Below are positions 1-13,410 of a stretch of 64,000 nucleotides of DNA, in pieces (position 1 is the stretch's first letter; every line of letters begins with the position of its first letter). The stretch comes from Octopus bimaculoides (taxonomy: Eukaryota), in the NCBI RefSeq assembly GCF_001194135.2, contig NC_068990.1, forward strand, positions 6,846,958 to 6,910,957. The letters run 5' to 3'. The notes below the pieces were generated by a model. That model was not told the DNA's origin. It saw only the letters and a program-made list of their open reading frames with translations, and ran no database searches. Both the position numbers and the translations under genes were made by a program.

Positions 1-480
1 GGTCTAGCAAATTAGTGTAAAGAAGGTTGAAACACATACGATATACACAGAAAATTACATTTCCAGCTCTAGAGAACACTTGAGAACAAAGAAAGGAGTT
101 TTATTCCAGAGATTGATGGGAGAGGGTGTTAAATATTAACCACCAAATACATACAATTCTAAAACCTTCTGGGGAAGCTTATGGGAGAATATCTGTAAAA
201 TACGATGCAAAAGCTGGGTAGCCTGATAAAACCGAATCTTATTACTGTTAGTGGTGAGGATAGAAATATGCAAGCTAAAAGATTACCAAACGGAAACCTC
301 CAGCCTTCTATCGCATCCAAGGTTACTGGATTAATTATTCTAATTCAATGCACAATATTTTGGGGGATCATTTTATTGAATGTGTTTACCTTTACTTGCT
401 TAAACCTACCCTGGACGCTTCTGATAGGATTATTGTTTGAGAACTCACCCATCACCTATTAAACGACAACCTCCTTTCAA
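1..480 (+). mobile_element. Decayed R4/Dong-like non-LTR retrotransposon RT fragment
   Basis: Frameshifted remnants resembling NWKxPGxDxIQGYW (KPPAFYRIQGYWINY) and NYRPITCL (ENSPITY). Confidence 0.5.
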
Positions 481-1041
481 AACAGTAAATTTGCATGCAA
501 AGTAAAAAACAAAAACAGCAAAGACAATAGCAAGAAATGATCATATTGCCATAGACTAGAAAGTGATGAAAGTCTCTAAATCTCAAAAGAGGAACATAAA
601 CACAACTCGGTTAGGTTTTTAAAAAGGACTTATATATTACCCCATTTGCGGGTTCATGAAATTATAGAGACGACTGAAATAGCACATGAATAAATGGAAT
701 CAATAAATTCTAGTATGAAGCGACAGAGAAGTAATAAGCTGTCATGTAATAACTTCTCGGCATTGAGAACATAAACGGAAGTATTTTCCTAGACAAGACT
801 TTTTTCTCAATAACTCCTTATTTTCGCGTTTTTATCAGTCTTCATGCTGAGAAAGGTGTAGTTGGGAAATAGGTTGATAAAATGTGCTCCTAAAACCTTC
901 CTTACTTCGTTTGTAGTTTATGTACTGTTTGCTGGTATATGAAACAACTAAATTCATGACTGAGATTTACTGTCTCAACATATACACTGAGAAAACTTTC
1001 CTACAAGTACATCTATCTATCTATTTTTCTTTCTTTCTTTG

Positions 1042-1100
<59 letters not shown>

Positions 1101-1160
1101 ATATATGACAATCTTGTACTGGTATAGAGTCGTATAATGAAGTCAAACCAAGAAGCAAGT

Positions 1161-1529
1161 TGTAAGCCCTCCGTCGGTTACGACGTCGAGGGTTCCAGTT
1201 GATCCGATCAACGGAACAGCCTGCTCGTGAAATTAACGTGCAAGTGGCTGAGTACTCCACAGACACGTGTACCCTTAAGGTAGTTCTCGGGGAGATTCAG
1301 CGTGACACAGAGTATGACAAGGCTGACGCTTTGAAATACGGGTACAACAGAAACAGGAAGAACGAGTGAGAGAAAGTTGTGGTGAAAGAGTACAACAGGG
1401 TTCGCCACCATCCCCTGCCGGAACCTCGTGGAGCTTTAGGTGTTTTCGCTCAATAAACACTCACAATGCTCGGTCTGGAAATCGAGACCGCGAGTACACT
1501 GCCCTAACCACTGGACCATTGCATCTCCA
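1161..1529 (-). mobile_element. tRNA-derived SINE with 13-bp target-site duplication
   Basis: TSD ccaagaagcaagt at 1148-1160 and 1530-1542. The minus-strand head has an A-box-like TGGTCCAGTGG. Partial related copy at 40965-41140. Confidence 0.85.
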
Positions 1530-1789
1530 CCAAGAAGCAAGTAATGATATTTTGAATGCATTTAATACGTACGTTTTAGATAATTGCGCATTGGATAATA
1601 AGTGAATTTCATTTCTTACGCAAAAAAACTTCATTTAAAACAAATTAAAAGTGATGGAATTTATTCTTCATATATATATATATATAGACACACATCTGGT
1701 AGGGGCAGTTTATGTCACATACTAGATGAGGGGCGAACGTGGCCAGAAGAGGTAGAATAGCTTGATTGCTTTTTCACAGATTATTTGCT

Positions 1790-2430
1790 TCGTATGTTCT
1801 ATCACAAAAGTGAACTCTTTCTCACATAAGTTGTACTTCCGTTCAAATTAAGACTCGTTGAAGTTTTCCGGCGTCACTTTCTTTCTCCAATAATAGGTTT
1901 ATTTTTGCTGAATCAGTTGCAATTTCTTTTATTCGTGTCGGAATAATCCGTTTTTCATCTTCTAAATCTTCTTACACTATGAAATCTTCCATAGCCCCGT
2001 CATTTGCATGTTTTTCCATGAAATGCCTAACGTTGTGAATCACATCATCATTGCTGATATTGTTTGTATTTCCCTCTTCCAAACCCACTTAAATTCATAC
2101 CAAGGAATTCATGTTTTCATTTAACCTAGCGACCTCTACGTTGTTCCATTCACCGTTTACTCGATACCGATCGTCTCCTCATTGATTCTTTTCTGTATAC
2201 TCTATTTTTGAACTGGTGTTAACCAGTTTCTTCATAGATGCTTGGTCCATAAACTTATTTTCTGTTATCTCAAAATTATGTTTGTTTTTCCTAAAGTGAG
2301 CACCATTCCTGCCTAGCTCTCAAATAACATTTCAATAAATTTGTTTAATTCCACGTTACTCCATTTCTGCTGACCACAGGTTCTTCCGCGAGCAATCGTT
2401 GATAAATGGCCAGGTACTTCTTACTCTAGT
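1790..2430 (-). mobile_element. Decayed N-terminal ORF region of an R4/Dong-like element
   Basis: Minus-strand frames give QKWSNVELNKFI..ECYLRAR..FEITENKFMDQA, resembling the Myb-like N-terminus of R4-clade ORFs. Multiple stops. Confidence 0.45.
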
Positions 2431-3251
2431 ACAACATATACGCTGGATGTCACAGCTCTACCTGTGGTTTCTCTTCCGTTTACATCATAAATGTTTCTAG
2501 TAAACTGTTAAATTCCATTAATTCATGAAAACTACTGGTGATCAGTGACACCGCCATTTGTGTTTTTTATTGAAATTCCATCACTAGGAGGGTTGCCAAC
2601 GTCAGATGAAAAAGCGTCGCACTCCATGCTACAGACTTAACCTCGCCGGAGGCCAACTCAGTACCTTTATGGTCTTGGAGTATGTTTTAACATGACACAA
2701 CCATCACCAGTGCTTTTTTTCTATTTTAAAGTAAATCATCTCTTGGAGAGTTACCATCAAAGGCTAAGTAGGTTCTCTTCACCAAGAGATGGTCTTCCAT
2801 CCACCGGGCTCCTACAAAGAACCTCATAAATATATATATAATGGAGCTAGTCGCCTAGCAACATGACAATAGCTATTGAGGGACTAAATCATAATAGGCT
2901 CCCAGAAAATGGCTGAGATAAGAGCCAGGCTTTTGCACCATGAAACCCATAGTTAGTCGTAGAGGTGCATGCCTGTGTTGGGTGTATCGGATTACAGAAA
3001 ATGACAGTGTATTGTTTGTAATGGTGATAAAAACAGATTTTGACTAAAAGAAAATTGTATAGGCTTATCGTTAGTAAGCAAGCATTTTCGTCCGATAATT
3101 ACAGCGTACTTTAGAGGGGATAAAATAAGATATTTGTAACATCGTTGGTAAATGGTTTGCTCGAATAAATTAGACTGATTGATTTGAAATATCTCGGTTT
3201 ACAGTAAAATGTGGGATGAGTTAAAACAATTGTCATTTTACAGACCTGAAT

Positions 3252-3395
3252 AAGGCGGCAAGCCAGCAGAATCGTTACCGTGCCGGACAAAAATGCTTCG
3301 TGGCATTTCTTCAGATTTTACGCCCTGAGTTCAAATAGCACCAGTGTCAACTGCCTTTCCTCTTTATTCGAGAAAATAAGTACCAGTTGAGTATG
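3252..3395 (+). mobile_element. tRNA-derived SINE, family A (degenerate)
   Basis: aaggcggc..gcagaatcgtta..gagttcaaat..aataagtaccagttg, shared with other copies in this window. Confidence 0.75.
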
Positions 3396-4292
3396 TAGTA
3401 GAAAGGATGATATAGACATAAATACTAACACACCTAGTATATATATAAATATACATAGATATATATATATATATATATATACATGTGTGTGTGTGTGTGT
3501 GTGTGAATACTTGTATATGTATATACACAGATTTTAATAAGAGAAGAAAGATTGAACAGGCTTTGCCTTCTTTACCCTGTTGTGTTTTTCAAGTCATTAA
3601 GAGAGGATATTACACTAACACATTTAATATATAGTATCCCTACTGTATAGTCTGTAGGTGACAGTCTTTGGTATCCTACTGAGTGAAGGGAGTGAAGTGG
3701 TTTCTTTGAAGTGGAACAGTAGTAGACACAAGTGACGAGTAACTGTTAAAGGTTATCTTTTTTATGACGTTCTTATCTTTAAATGTTCTCTTTTATTTTT
3801 CTAAAATTCCAAATAAGTCTGTGGTTAAAGATCGAATTCATTATTTTTTTATTACCCTTAAGTTCTTTTTGTAGTTTTTTCTTATTTTTATCTCTTTGTA
3901 TTTCCTTATTGCTCTTTGTCAGAGGAATTCTAAATTGCTCTTAAACGTGGTTTGGACTTTGACTGTTACTTCTAGCATGTAAGGTGTCCTCCTAGGGTCA
4001 CCTCTTTTGTGATTAAATGTACACTAATTTTATATGGAAAATATGTAGTATTTAATGTGGATATAAACTGTGGAGAAACTAAAGAAGCTACAGCAGTGCT
4101 TTGACACTGATTACCTGAGGATAAACAGCTATACAGCTATTGTTGAATCATATCAATGCAATGCTGCGTATAATTTATGTAACATTCAGCAATTAACAAC
4201 TGATAATCGTGTGTTGAAACATTTGCAGTAATTAGTAATAAATTATTTAAATCTATGGATATTTGAGGATTTCCAGTAACAGGAGAAGATAC

Positions 4293-4366
<74 letters not shown>

Positions 4367-4523
4367 TACAAATGTTTATATTACGTGAAAGTTAGGAGTG
4401 GTGATACGGACACGAATAAGTTAAACTCATTGTTTTTAATGGTTGTGATTTGCAATTACTGTTGTCGGATTCCATACCTTAAATATGCATCCTCACAATC
4501 ACACACACTTTATCCATTCTACT

Positions 4524-4728
4524 ATAGGCACACGGCCTGAAAATTGTGGGGAGGAGACTAGTCGATTACATCGACCTCAGTGTTTCACTGGTACTTAATT
4601 TATCTACCCCGAAAGGATGAAAGGCAAAGTCGACCCCGGCGGAATTTGAACTCAGAAAGTAGCGACGGGCAAAGTACCGCTAAGCATTTCGTCCAGCGTG
4701 CTAACGATTCTGCCATCTCACCGCCTTA
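4524..4728 (-). mobile_element. tRNA-derived SINE, family A
   Basis: Reverse complement of the family A sequence (ggcggtgagatggcagaatcgttagcacg...ggtcgactttgcctttcatcctttcgggg). Confidence 0.85.
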
Positions 4729-5048
4729 CATTACAGACACTTAATGATATTATGCATCCATATATCTTCGTTTCACGCTCAATTCCTGCTGGGACCCTCG
4801 TGGCATACGACATGTCTAGCATAGTTTATACTTGACAGAGAGCACCCTTCTTCAGTAGTGCATAGAGAGCTGATTTTTTTGCAAGGGAATAAAAATAAAT
4901 ATACGCCGGGACACGACTGGTACTCTATCTATAGATCTTGAAAGCAAGAAAAGCATAGTTAACCACGGCACTACTTGGTCTCAGATAGGCAGAATCAGTA
5001 CCGCAAATCACTGATACTCTAAATAATTTCCCGACACACCGTTTGGGC

Positions 5049-5127
<79 letters not shown>

Positions 5128-5305
5128 CACGTGCAAGTGTGTACGCTTGTTTGTGTGTGTGTTTTTTCTCTGTATGTGCGTGTGCGTGTGTTTGAGTGTG
5201 TGTGTGCTTCTCTGTGTGTCTGTGTGTGTGTGTGTGTGCACGCGCGCAAGTACAAAACCATTTTTGCTACCTTATTTGTTTTACTGTTTTTAATACTACT
5301 TCGAA

Positions 5306-5525
5306 CGAAGGCGGCACTCAGACCGAATTGTTAGCCTCACCGACAAAATGCATAGCGGTATTTCGTTTGCCTTTAACAATCCGAGTTCAAATTCCAATGA
5401 GGTCGTCTTTACCTCTAATCCTTTCGAGATCAATACAGATCCGTAACCAGTTGAACACTGAGTCAGACGTAATCGACTATCTTCCTCCTCCAAATTTTCA
5501 GGCTTTGTGCCTATAGTAGAAACGA
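5306..5525 (+). mobile_element. tRNA-derived SINE, family A (diverged)
   Basis: Colinear similarity to the copies at 4524-4728 and 42667-42872. Confidence 0.75.
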
Positions 5526-6313
5526 TGATTACTTGGAACTTGCTGGATGCATTTCCGCTCTTGCACGGATTCCTTTCGACCGTCGCATTCGATCTTTTTA
5601 ATATTTTATAAAGCATTTTAGTCTTGCTCTTTATTTTTATTATATGGGCATTGATCGAGCAATTTATAGGTTATGCACATGTTTTTATTATATATTATTT
5701 TTCACATACCACACCACACCAAACTATCCCATACCACTCCACACACACTAGCACTGATGTCTAAAATGGGGCTGGTCCGTTTTACCCCAGTGGTCCATCT
5801 TGACCCGGTTTCCCCTACCTCTTGGCTACTTTTGTACCGAAGTCTACTCTAACCCGCAGTATTAACACCTGTCACGGTCCCAGCTATGGGCTAATTAGCA
5901 TTTAAGGCCTGCTTAGCAATGCATATAAAGACTAGATTCTTCATAATGCGACGGAGGGGAAGTTGGATGCAGCAAAGCATTGTTAAGAGCAGAGAATAAG
6001 ATGAGGCAAAATGGTCATCCACCGTATCTCTCCCACGTCGTCTTCACCTGGTCTTTCAACCGAATTAAAAATGGTCATAGTACGAAAGCGTGAGGTTGAT
6101 GGTGTGTAAGTCCTCTGAGAATAACAAACTGTTTGGATCAAGTCAGATTGTTTTACGGTAAAATCTCAATAGATTCAAATATCCACACTAAATGCAGTTT
6201 TGGCCGAGAATTTAGGAGTGCCTAGTTACATAACAGTTAAAATTAAACCAGTTTGTGCAGAGGAAGAAAAAGCTATCCCTACAAGTAAGGACACTATTCC
6301 GAAATTATGCAAC

Positions 6314-6360
<47 letters not shown>

Positions 6361-6989
6361 TGAGGAGGAATGAAACTACACTGGAATGAAACTACACTTC
6401 AAGTACTGTTCTCTCTTTTTTCAGCACATCACACTCTTTACCGCTTCATACTAAAAATATCCGCATATGGATATAATAATAGATTACTTTATTTTTTCTG
6501 TCTCCGATGAAGGGAAGTACTGGATCTTCCCAGAAACAGCTGTAAGACTCTATCCATAAAATTCTTCAACCTTAACTTTGCTCTCNNNNNNNNNNNNNNN
6601 NNNNNNNNNNNNNNNNNNNNNNNNNNNNNNNNNNNNNNNNNNNNNNNNNNNNNNNNNNNNNNNNNNNNNNNNNNNNNNNNATATATATATATATATACAT
6701 ATGTATATGTATATATATATACTCTCAAACTGGCAAACTGGAAAATTTCAAGACCAGATGGGATCCAACGAAACAGCTGAAATCCTTACACGGCCAAACT
6801 GAAAATCATTTAAACGAATGAAAAATGCAAGAAAGTGTTCCGGAATGGATGGTTGAGCGCTGAACAACTTTGTTAATGAAAGATCCAGCGATGGGAAATG
6901 CTACAGAAAATTTTCTAGCAATAACTTGTTTCGATCTGTTGTGGAAACAGGTATTTTTGTTTTCTTTTTTGAGAAGGCATACAATCATT

Positions 6990-7270
6990 TGACGCATGAA
7001 CAAATTACTATCCATTGTAAAAGCGGTGTTCAGAAATCACTTAAAAGGCACATGTAACACCGTCAAATCATTGAGAAAAAGATAAAGAAGGATGGCACAT
7101 GACGTATCTGAACATGACTAGCTGCGATTTAAAAACATTTTACGACATGACACTCCATTCTTGTATTGTAGAGACACTTAGAATGTATAGTATAACTGAA
7201 AAAATCATCAACAACCAGCTTGATTGAGAACATGAAGTCAGTGGGAAGAGCAATCGATTATACAGGTATC
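6990..7270 (+). mobile_element. Highly decayed mariner-like transposase relic
   Basis: MAHDVSEH..ILRHDTPFLY weakly resembles mariner WVPHEL..LRNxNEPFLxRIVT. Many stops. Confidence 0.3.
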
Positions 7271-8142
7271 TTCTAGGAAATTTTGTTAAGGATTGGCAGT
7301 TTCCTTGAAGAAAAAACAACAAAAATAGTACTATATATTTATACGGTACAATGAAATAATAACATTTATTATAAAGGAATGCAGATGTCTACATCTGCTT
7401 TGGAGATAACTAAAACTATATAAAAGTTCTATTTTATTAATGAGATGGAAATGAAATTCGTCAGAGGCGAATTTTGTCAATGCTTGAAATCCGTCTCCGT
7501 ATGTAATATGTAATTTATTTCTTGCAAAGAATTTGTTACCTGAAGTCAATTGATAGTCACCTCCATTAACTGTTACTTCCCTCCTTTTATCTTTGTACGC
7601 CTTTGAGTTCTAAAATAAAACATATATGCTATAAATATTATCAGATAGAACTAAATAAATTGATAAACGAAGGTTCATAAGTTGTTTTATCCAGTTTTCG
7701 AAGGAATACATTATTTTGAAATTCTCAGTCGAAACCTATCAATCAGATAGAAGCCAGCTTCCAAGAATTTTGCATCCATTCAATTTTAATGTGCGCTGTT
7801 TCACATTAAAAAGAAAAGAATTAAAAACGCAAAACGCAACTGTTAACCAAGTTCCATCTAGGGAATATATATATTAAGTGCCTTCTTGTTCGGCACTTAT
7901 GTAGGAAAGTCTAGAGAAAGCAATAACAAAGACCTTCAATATTTTCTCTTATATAAAGTGCTGTAGAAAAAGAAAATCGTTAGAAGTCTCACATCGACCC
8001 AATGATTTGGAGGCTATTATGACTATAATTAATTTCAAATTACTTTCCTCTGCATTTATTGTCGTATCAGTAAATTGTTTATATTCGAAGAAAAATCGAA
8101 TATTTCCACAATTACAATGATCAATTCTATTTTTATTTTCAG

Positions 8143-8296
8143 TGGATGTGTAAACTTATGATGACATTTTTCCATTATTTCACGACGTCCAGCTTCTTCT
8201 GGATGTTCGTCGAAGGGTTGTACTTGTATTTCATGATTGTCCACGCAATGCGCCACAACAAAATCAAGTTTATCTACTGTATCATTATCGGATGGG
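8143..8296 (+). CDS. Class B1 GPCR (CRF/DH44-receptor-like), exon encoding TM3-ICL2-start of TM4
   Basis: ttttcAG acceptor and G|GTAAGT donor. Encodes WMCKLMMTFFHYFTTSSFFWMFVEGLYLYFMIVHAMRHNKIKFIYCIIIGW, with the class B FFWMFVEG motif. 154 bp, phase 0 to phase 1. Confidence 0.95.
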
Positions 8297-8352
8297 GTAA
8301 GTTTAACAATATTGATTACACGTATTTCTCTTCCTCTTTTCCTCTTTTCCCA

Positions 8353-8356
<4 letters not shown>

Positions 8357-8445
<89 letters not shown>

Positions 8446-8470
8446 CACACACACACACACACACAAATAT
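8357..8470. repeat. (CT)n/(CA)n microsatellite just downstream of the first GPCR exon
   Basis: Directly visible dinucleotide runs. Confidence 0.95.
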
Positions 8471-9056
8471 ATATGTGTGTGTGTATATCATAATCGATTA
8501 AGGAAACAGAAAATGGATTTAATATTAGTCTTTATTCCGTACGACGATCGTTTCGACCCATCCTGCGACTGTTTTTTATGGGTGGGACGTTATGCATCCT
8601 ATTGCGTTCCATCAATTTTGTAGTCTGGGTCAAGTTAGGTGCATGCATAGAAAAAGTGGTGTCCTGGCTGGGGAAGTAGAAAGGAAACTAAACGAGTTGA
8701 CTTTTTTCCTATCCTGGGGATGAATGAAAACGTGAAAAATGTTGCTGGGTTAATTTTTTTTAATGGATCGAAGCTTTATTCTAACAAAAAATTAGGTGCC
8801 AGTTTACTTTTTACGATACCTTCGTAACCTTTTAAATAAGTTTAAATATTTAAATTAAATTTTAAAGCATTGGTATGAATAAACGGTTAAAAATCTTTAC
8901 ATTTTAATCACAAAGTTTGTCAGTTGCTGCTTTTCACTCCAAGTTGTCAAGAAGAACATTCTGTGTAGTGGTCACATGCCTGAATTAGGTCTTAAAAGGG
9001 GATCAAAAATACTCTCCATGAATTAAATCTTTTGAAATGCAGTATATACTCTTCAG

Positions 9057-9310
9057 AGTGGAGGCGCGTGGCTTAGTGGTTAGGGTGTCAGCATCATGAT
9101 CTTAAGATTGTGGTTTCGATTCCTGGACCGGGCGACGCGTTGTGTTCTTGAGCAAAACACTTCATTTTACGTTGCTCCAGTCCACTCAGCTGGCAAAGAT
9201 GAGTAACGCTGCGATGGACTGGCGTCCCGTCCAGCTGGGGAACGCATACGCCACAGAAACCGGGAAACAGGAGCCTGGCAAGGCTTTAAAAGGGCGCATT
9301 TATTTATTTT
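9057..9310 (+). mobile_element. tRNA-derived SINE (V-SINE-like motifs) with 14-bp TSD
   Basis: TSD tatatactcttcag at 9043-9056 and 9311-9324. A box tggcttagtgg, B-box-like ggtttcgattcc, internal ctgcgatggactggcgtcccgtccag. Confidence 0.85.
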
Positions 9311-9867
9311 TATATACTCTTCAGTACCAAATAATCGCACGATATAAACTAGAATCAACAATAAAACAAACATACAAATTGACCAAACACTCATTTGTTG
9401 TGTAAACCTGTTCGATTATCAGGAAAGTCCTTTAAATAAATAAGTCTTTGATGTCTGTTGTTCAGGACAATTAAAATACCAGCATTTTAGAAAAATATTT
9501 TGAGCTCCTTTCTTTTATTTTTCCCCTCCTTTCTCGCGCCACCTTCTGGAAGAGAATAATATACTTCGAAAAAAACTAACACAACTGCTTTTTTTTTTTA
9601 CGATGCCTGAAAGGTAATTAGAGAAAATTCTACTTTTCTCTACTTTCTCTGTTTGTTCCTTTTATCGCTTAGCAAAGAGGAACTTTCTCTAATTACACTT
9701 CTTGAATAATATCGATTGTTTACCATTAATACTAAGCAATGAAGGAAGGGAAATACTAAAAAAATATCAATAATTAATTTCATATTACTCAAAAACTTAT
9801 CTTGGAAAAAAAGTAAGGCTTGGAGCTCATGCGTTGCATATCTAGATCATTCCCTCTCTCTCTCTCG

Positions 9868-9933
<66 letters not shown>

Positions 9934-10398
9934 TTCTCACACACACACACACACACACTCACACAACACACACACACACACATACACAACACACACACAT
10001 GTACACTCGCACAGCCACAAACACACACATATTTGTATATATGTATGAGGGTATACATAAATATGTATAAATGTGTATGTGTGTGTNNNNNNNNNNNNNN
10101 NNNNNNNNNNNNNNNNNNNNNNNNNNNNNNNNNNNNNNNNNNNNNNNNNNNNNNNNNNNNNNNNNNNNNNNNNNNNNNNNNNNNNNNNNNNNNNNNNNNN
10201 NNNNNNNNNNNNNNNNNNNNNNNNNNNNNNNNNNNNNNNNNNNNNNNNNNNNNNNNNNNNNNNNNNNNNNNNNNNNNNNNNNNNNNNNNNNNNNNNNNNN
10301 NNNNNNNNNNNNNNNNNNNNNNNNNNNNNNNNNNNNNNNNNNNNNNNNNNNNNNNNNNNNNNNNNNNNNNNNNNNNNNNNNNNNNNNNNNNNNNNNNN

Positions 10399-10641
10399 TT
10401 TATATATATATATTTATATTTATATATTTATATATTTGATCCTTTATATTGAACACTCAATATTTCATCTACATTCAATACTTTATTTCATGGTGCCATC
10501 CATTTTTATTTTATTTTATATTATATATTGTATATTATATTATATATTGTATATTCCATATTCTATATCCCACATTGGTTCTGCAGGAATATAGATAAAA
10601 CATAAAAAACAGACAGTGTTGGAACTCTTTTAAACAAAATA

Positions 10642-10650
<9 letters not shown>
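10399..10650 (+). repeat. AT-rich dispersed repeat, near-identical to 40588-40830
   Basis: Direct comparison: gatcctttatattgaacactcaatatttcatctacattcaatac...cagtgttggaactcttttaaacaaaata occurs in both. The 5' end is hidden in an N gap. Confidence 0.9.
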
Positions 10651-10704
<54 letters not shown>

Positions 10705-10804
10705 TGTGAATATATAAATGTATATATGTATATGTATTCATATGTAGCTATACTACATATATATGTGTATGGGTGTGTGTGTAGTGTATATATGCATATT
10801 TATT

Positions 10805-11289
10805 TATTTATTTATGGGTTTCAGCCAAGTGGCTGCGGTCATGCTGGTGCACCACCGTGATTTTCCGTCTTTATGCTGTGCTCTCTTCACTTTCCTTGCA
10901 TGGCTCTTCTCCCCCACCTGATATGGTCCAATCAAGAGTTTTGATGGCACATCTGGTGTATAAGAGAATTTGACATCGCTGCCCTAAACTGCATCTCATT
11001 ACGAGCCATTGGTTCGTCTGGTATCGTGGAGAGGAAAGCGTCAAGTTTTGTCTTGAATACCTCCACATCCATGTCTTGTAGGTCTCTCAAATGTTTTAGC
11101 AGGGCATTGAAGAGCTGAGGTCCTCTGAAACCGAGGCTGCTGCAGTATCTCGTTCTTACGTGAGATGCAGTGGACGGCACCTTTGGCACCATGCAGTGGC
11201 GACCCGTGCGGGCATTCCTGTAGTACTTGATGCCAAAGTTTGGCACCAGTCCTTCCAGTATTTTTCATATGTATATTATTACATATCTC
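10805..11289 (-). mobile_element. CR1-type LINE 3' end
   Basis: RYVIIYI*KILEGLVPNFGIKYY...RGPQLFNALLKHLR...FKTKLDAFLSTIPDEP..RAAMSNSL, followed by a 3' UTR ending gctgaaacccataaataaataaat. Confidence 0.8.
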
Positions 11290-12555
11290 NNNNNNNNNNN
11301 NNNNNNNNNNNNNNNNNNNNNNNNNNNNNNNNNNNNNNNNNNNNNNNNNNNNNNNNNNNNNNNNNNNNNNNNNNNNNNNNNNNNNNNNNNNNNNNNNNNN
11401 NNNNNNNNNNNNNNNNNNNNNNNNNNNNNNNNNNNNNNNNNNNNNNNNNNNNNNNNNNNNNNNNNNNNNNNNNNNNNNNNNNNNNNNNNNNNNNNNNNNN
11501 NNNNNNNNNNNNNNNNNNNNNNNNNNNNNNNNNNNNNNNNNNNNNNNNNNNNNNNNNNNNNNNNNNNNNNNNNNNNNNNNNNNNNNNNNNNNNNNNNNNN
11601 NNNNNNNNNNNNNNNNNNNNNNNNNNNNNNNNNNNNNNNNNNNNNNNNNNNNNNNNNNNNNNNNNNNNNNNNNNNNNNNNNNNNNNNNNNNNNNNNNNNN
11701 NNNNNNNNNNNNNNNNNNNNNNNNNNNNNNNNNNNNNNNNNNNNNNNNNNNNNNNNNNNNNNNNNNNNNNNNNNNNNNNNNNNNNNNNNNNNNNNNNNNN
11801 NNNNNNNNNNNNNNNNNNNNNNNNNNNNNNNNNNNNNNNNNNNNNNNNNNNNNNNNNNNNNNNNNNNNNNNNNNNNNNNNNNNNNNNNNNNNNNNNNNNN
11901 NNNNNNNNNNNNNNNNNNNNNNNNNNNNNNNNNNNNNNNNNNNNNNNNNNNNNNNNNNNNNNNNNNNNNNNNNNNNNNNNNNNNNNNNNNNNNNNNNNNN
12001 NNNNNNNNNNNNNNNNNNNNNNNNNNNNNNNNNNNNNNNNNNNNNNNNNNNNNNNNNNNNNNNNNNNNNNNNNNNNNNNNNNNNNNNNNNNNNNNNNNNN
12101 NNNNNNNNNNNNNNNNNNNNNNNNNNNNNNNNNNNNNNNNNNNNNNNNNNNNNNNNNNNNNNNNNNNNNNNNNNNNNNNNNNNNNNNNNNNNNNNNNNNN
12201 NNNNNNNNNNNNNNNNNNNNNNNNNNNNNNNNNNNNNNNNNNNNNNNNNNNNNNNNNNNNNNNNNNNNNNNNNNNNNNNNNNNATATATATATACCTACA
12301 TACATACAAACGCACATACATATATATGTGTGTGTGTGTGAATGTATATACGCATATATATATGTATATATGTTTATATATATATATATGCATAATGTGC
12401 ATATATGTGTGCATAAATATAGGCATATATGTGTGTGTAAATATAGGCATATGTATATATATGCTTATATATATATGTGTGTGTACGTGTGTGTGTATTT
12501 CTGTATAGAAATATCGATATATTTTAATGCATGAGCGTGCGTGTATGTGCGCGTG

Positions 12556-12593
<38 letters not shown>

Positions 12594-12968
12594 TGTGTGC
12601 GTGTGTGTGTGTGTGCGCGTGCGTGCGTGCGCGAGTCTACATGTATGTATGTGCACATTTTTAACATGCTCTTGCGAATTGGATCACAAAGCATTTTGCT
12701 GCGGAGTGTTATAAGGAATAAATTTCTCTCTATAGAATTTCACGTTCCAATATAAAGGAGCTTCTTAAAACGAACTTACATATGCTAATATTTACTTTCG
12801 TTACATTATGCTTTTATATCATATATACATATATATTTATCCATAGATATATATGTATATATATAATATATATACATGTTTATGCATATATGCATATATA
12901 TATATGAGTGTGTGTTGGTATATATATGTATATATGTAATATATACATATAGATATGTGTGAATATAT

Positions 12969-13023
<55 letters not shown>

Positions 13024-13169
13024 AAAGCACCCCGCAGCAAAATGTTTTTGTGCTCCAATGCGCAAGAGCATGTTAAAAACGAATGTGCACACACACACGC
13101 ATGCAGACTCACGCACACACACACACACATACACGCACGCCATGATACTTCGCTAGCCACTAAACCTTT

Positions 13170-13322
13170 TCCTATTTTCTCTCCCTGTTTATTTTCGTGT
13201 TCCTTTCTGTCGAAGAGCGTAGGCCCGATACGTAAAAGACTTTCTCACTTCTCGAGCGTTAAATCAATACATCTGTTCGTTGTTTACACACCCGTCTTCG
13301 TCTTTTGTTTTTTGTAAATTCT
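13170..13322 (+). mobile_element. Short Penelope-like terminal repeat relic
   Basis: GAAGAGCGTAGGCCCGATACGTA resembles the GAAGA..CGAAAC Penelope end motif. Flanked by microsatellites. Confidence 0.4.
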
Positions 13323-13325
13323 CAC

Positions 13326-13358
<33 letters not shown>

Positions 13359-13377
13359 GCATACATACATACGTACA

Positions 13378-13410
<33 letters not shown>

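Noticed and set aside
5008-5334. [16 protein letters not shown]-type ORFs throughout the window
   Set aside because: These are translations of (TA)n, (CA)n, (GA)n and (CATA)n repeats.
5760-5818. Possible DNA-transposon terminus (minus strand GTAGGGGAAACCGGGTCAAGATGG)
   Set aside because: No partner TIR or transposase remnant was found, so it is too weak to call.
8297-8493. Extension of the GPCR ORF beyond IGWG into SLSL repeats
   Set aside because: This is read-through past the GTAAGT donor into the intronic (CT)n.
9061-9135. tRNA-like sequences here and at 1460-1529 and 50540-50610
   Set aside because: They are SINE heads continuous with SINE bodies (with TSDs for the 9057 and 1161 elements), not tRNA genes.
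10071-12534. Long ORFs (200-470 aa) here and at 21042-22357, 35762-38158, 47956-48636, 51026-51847 and 59408-60937
   Set aside because: They run through N gaps (poly-X) and microsatellites, so they are artefacts.
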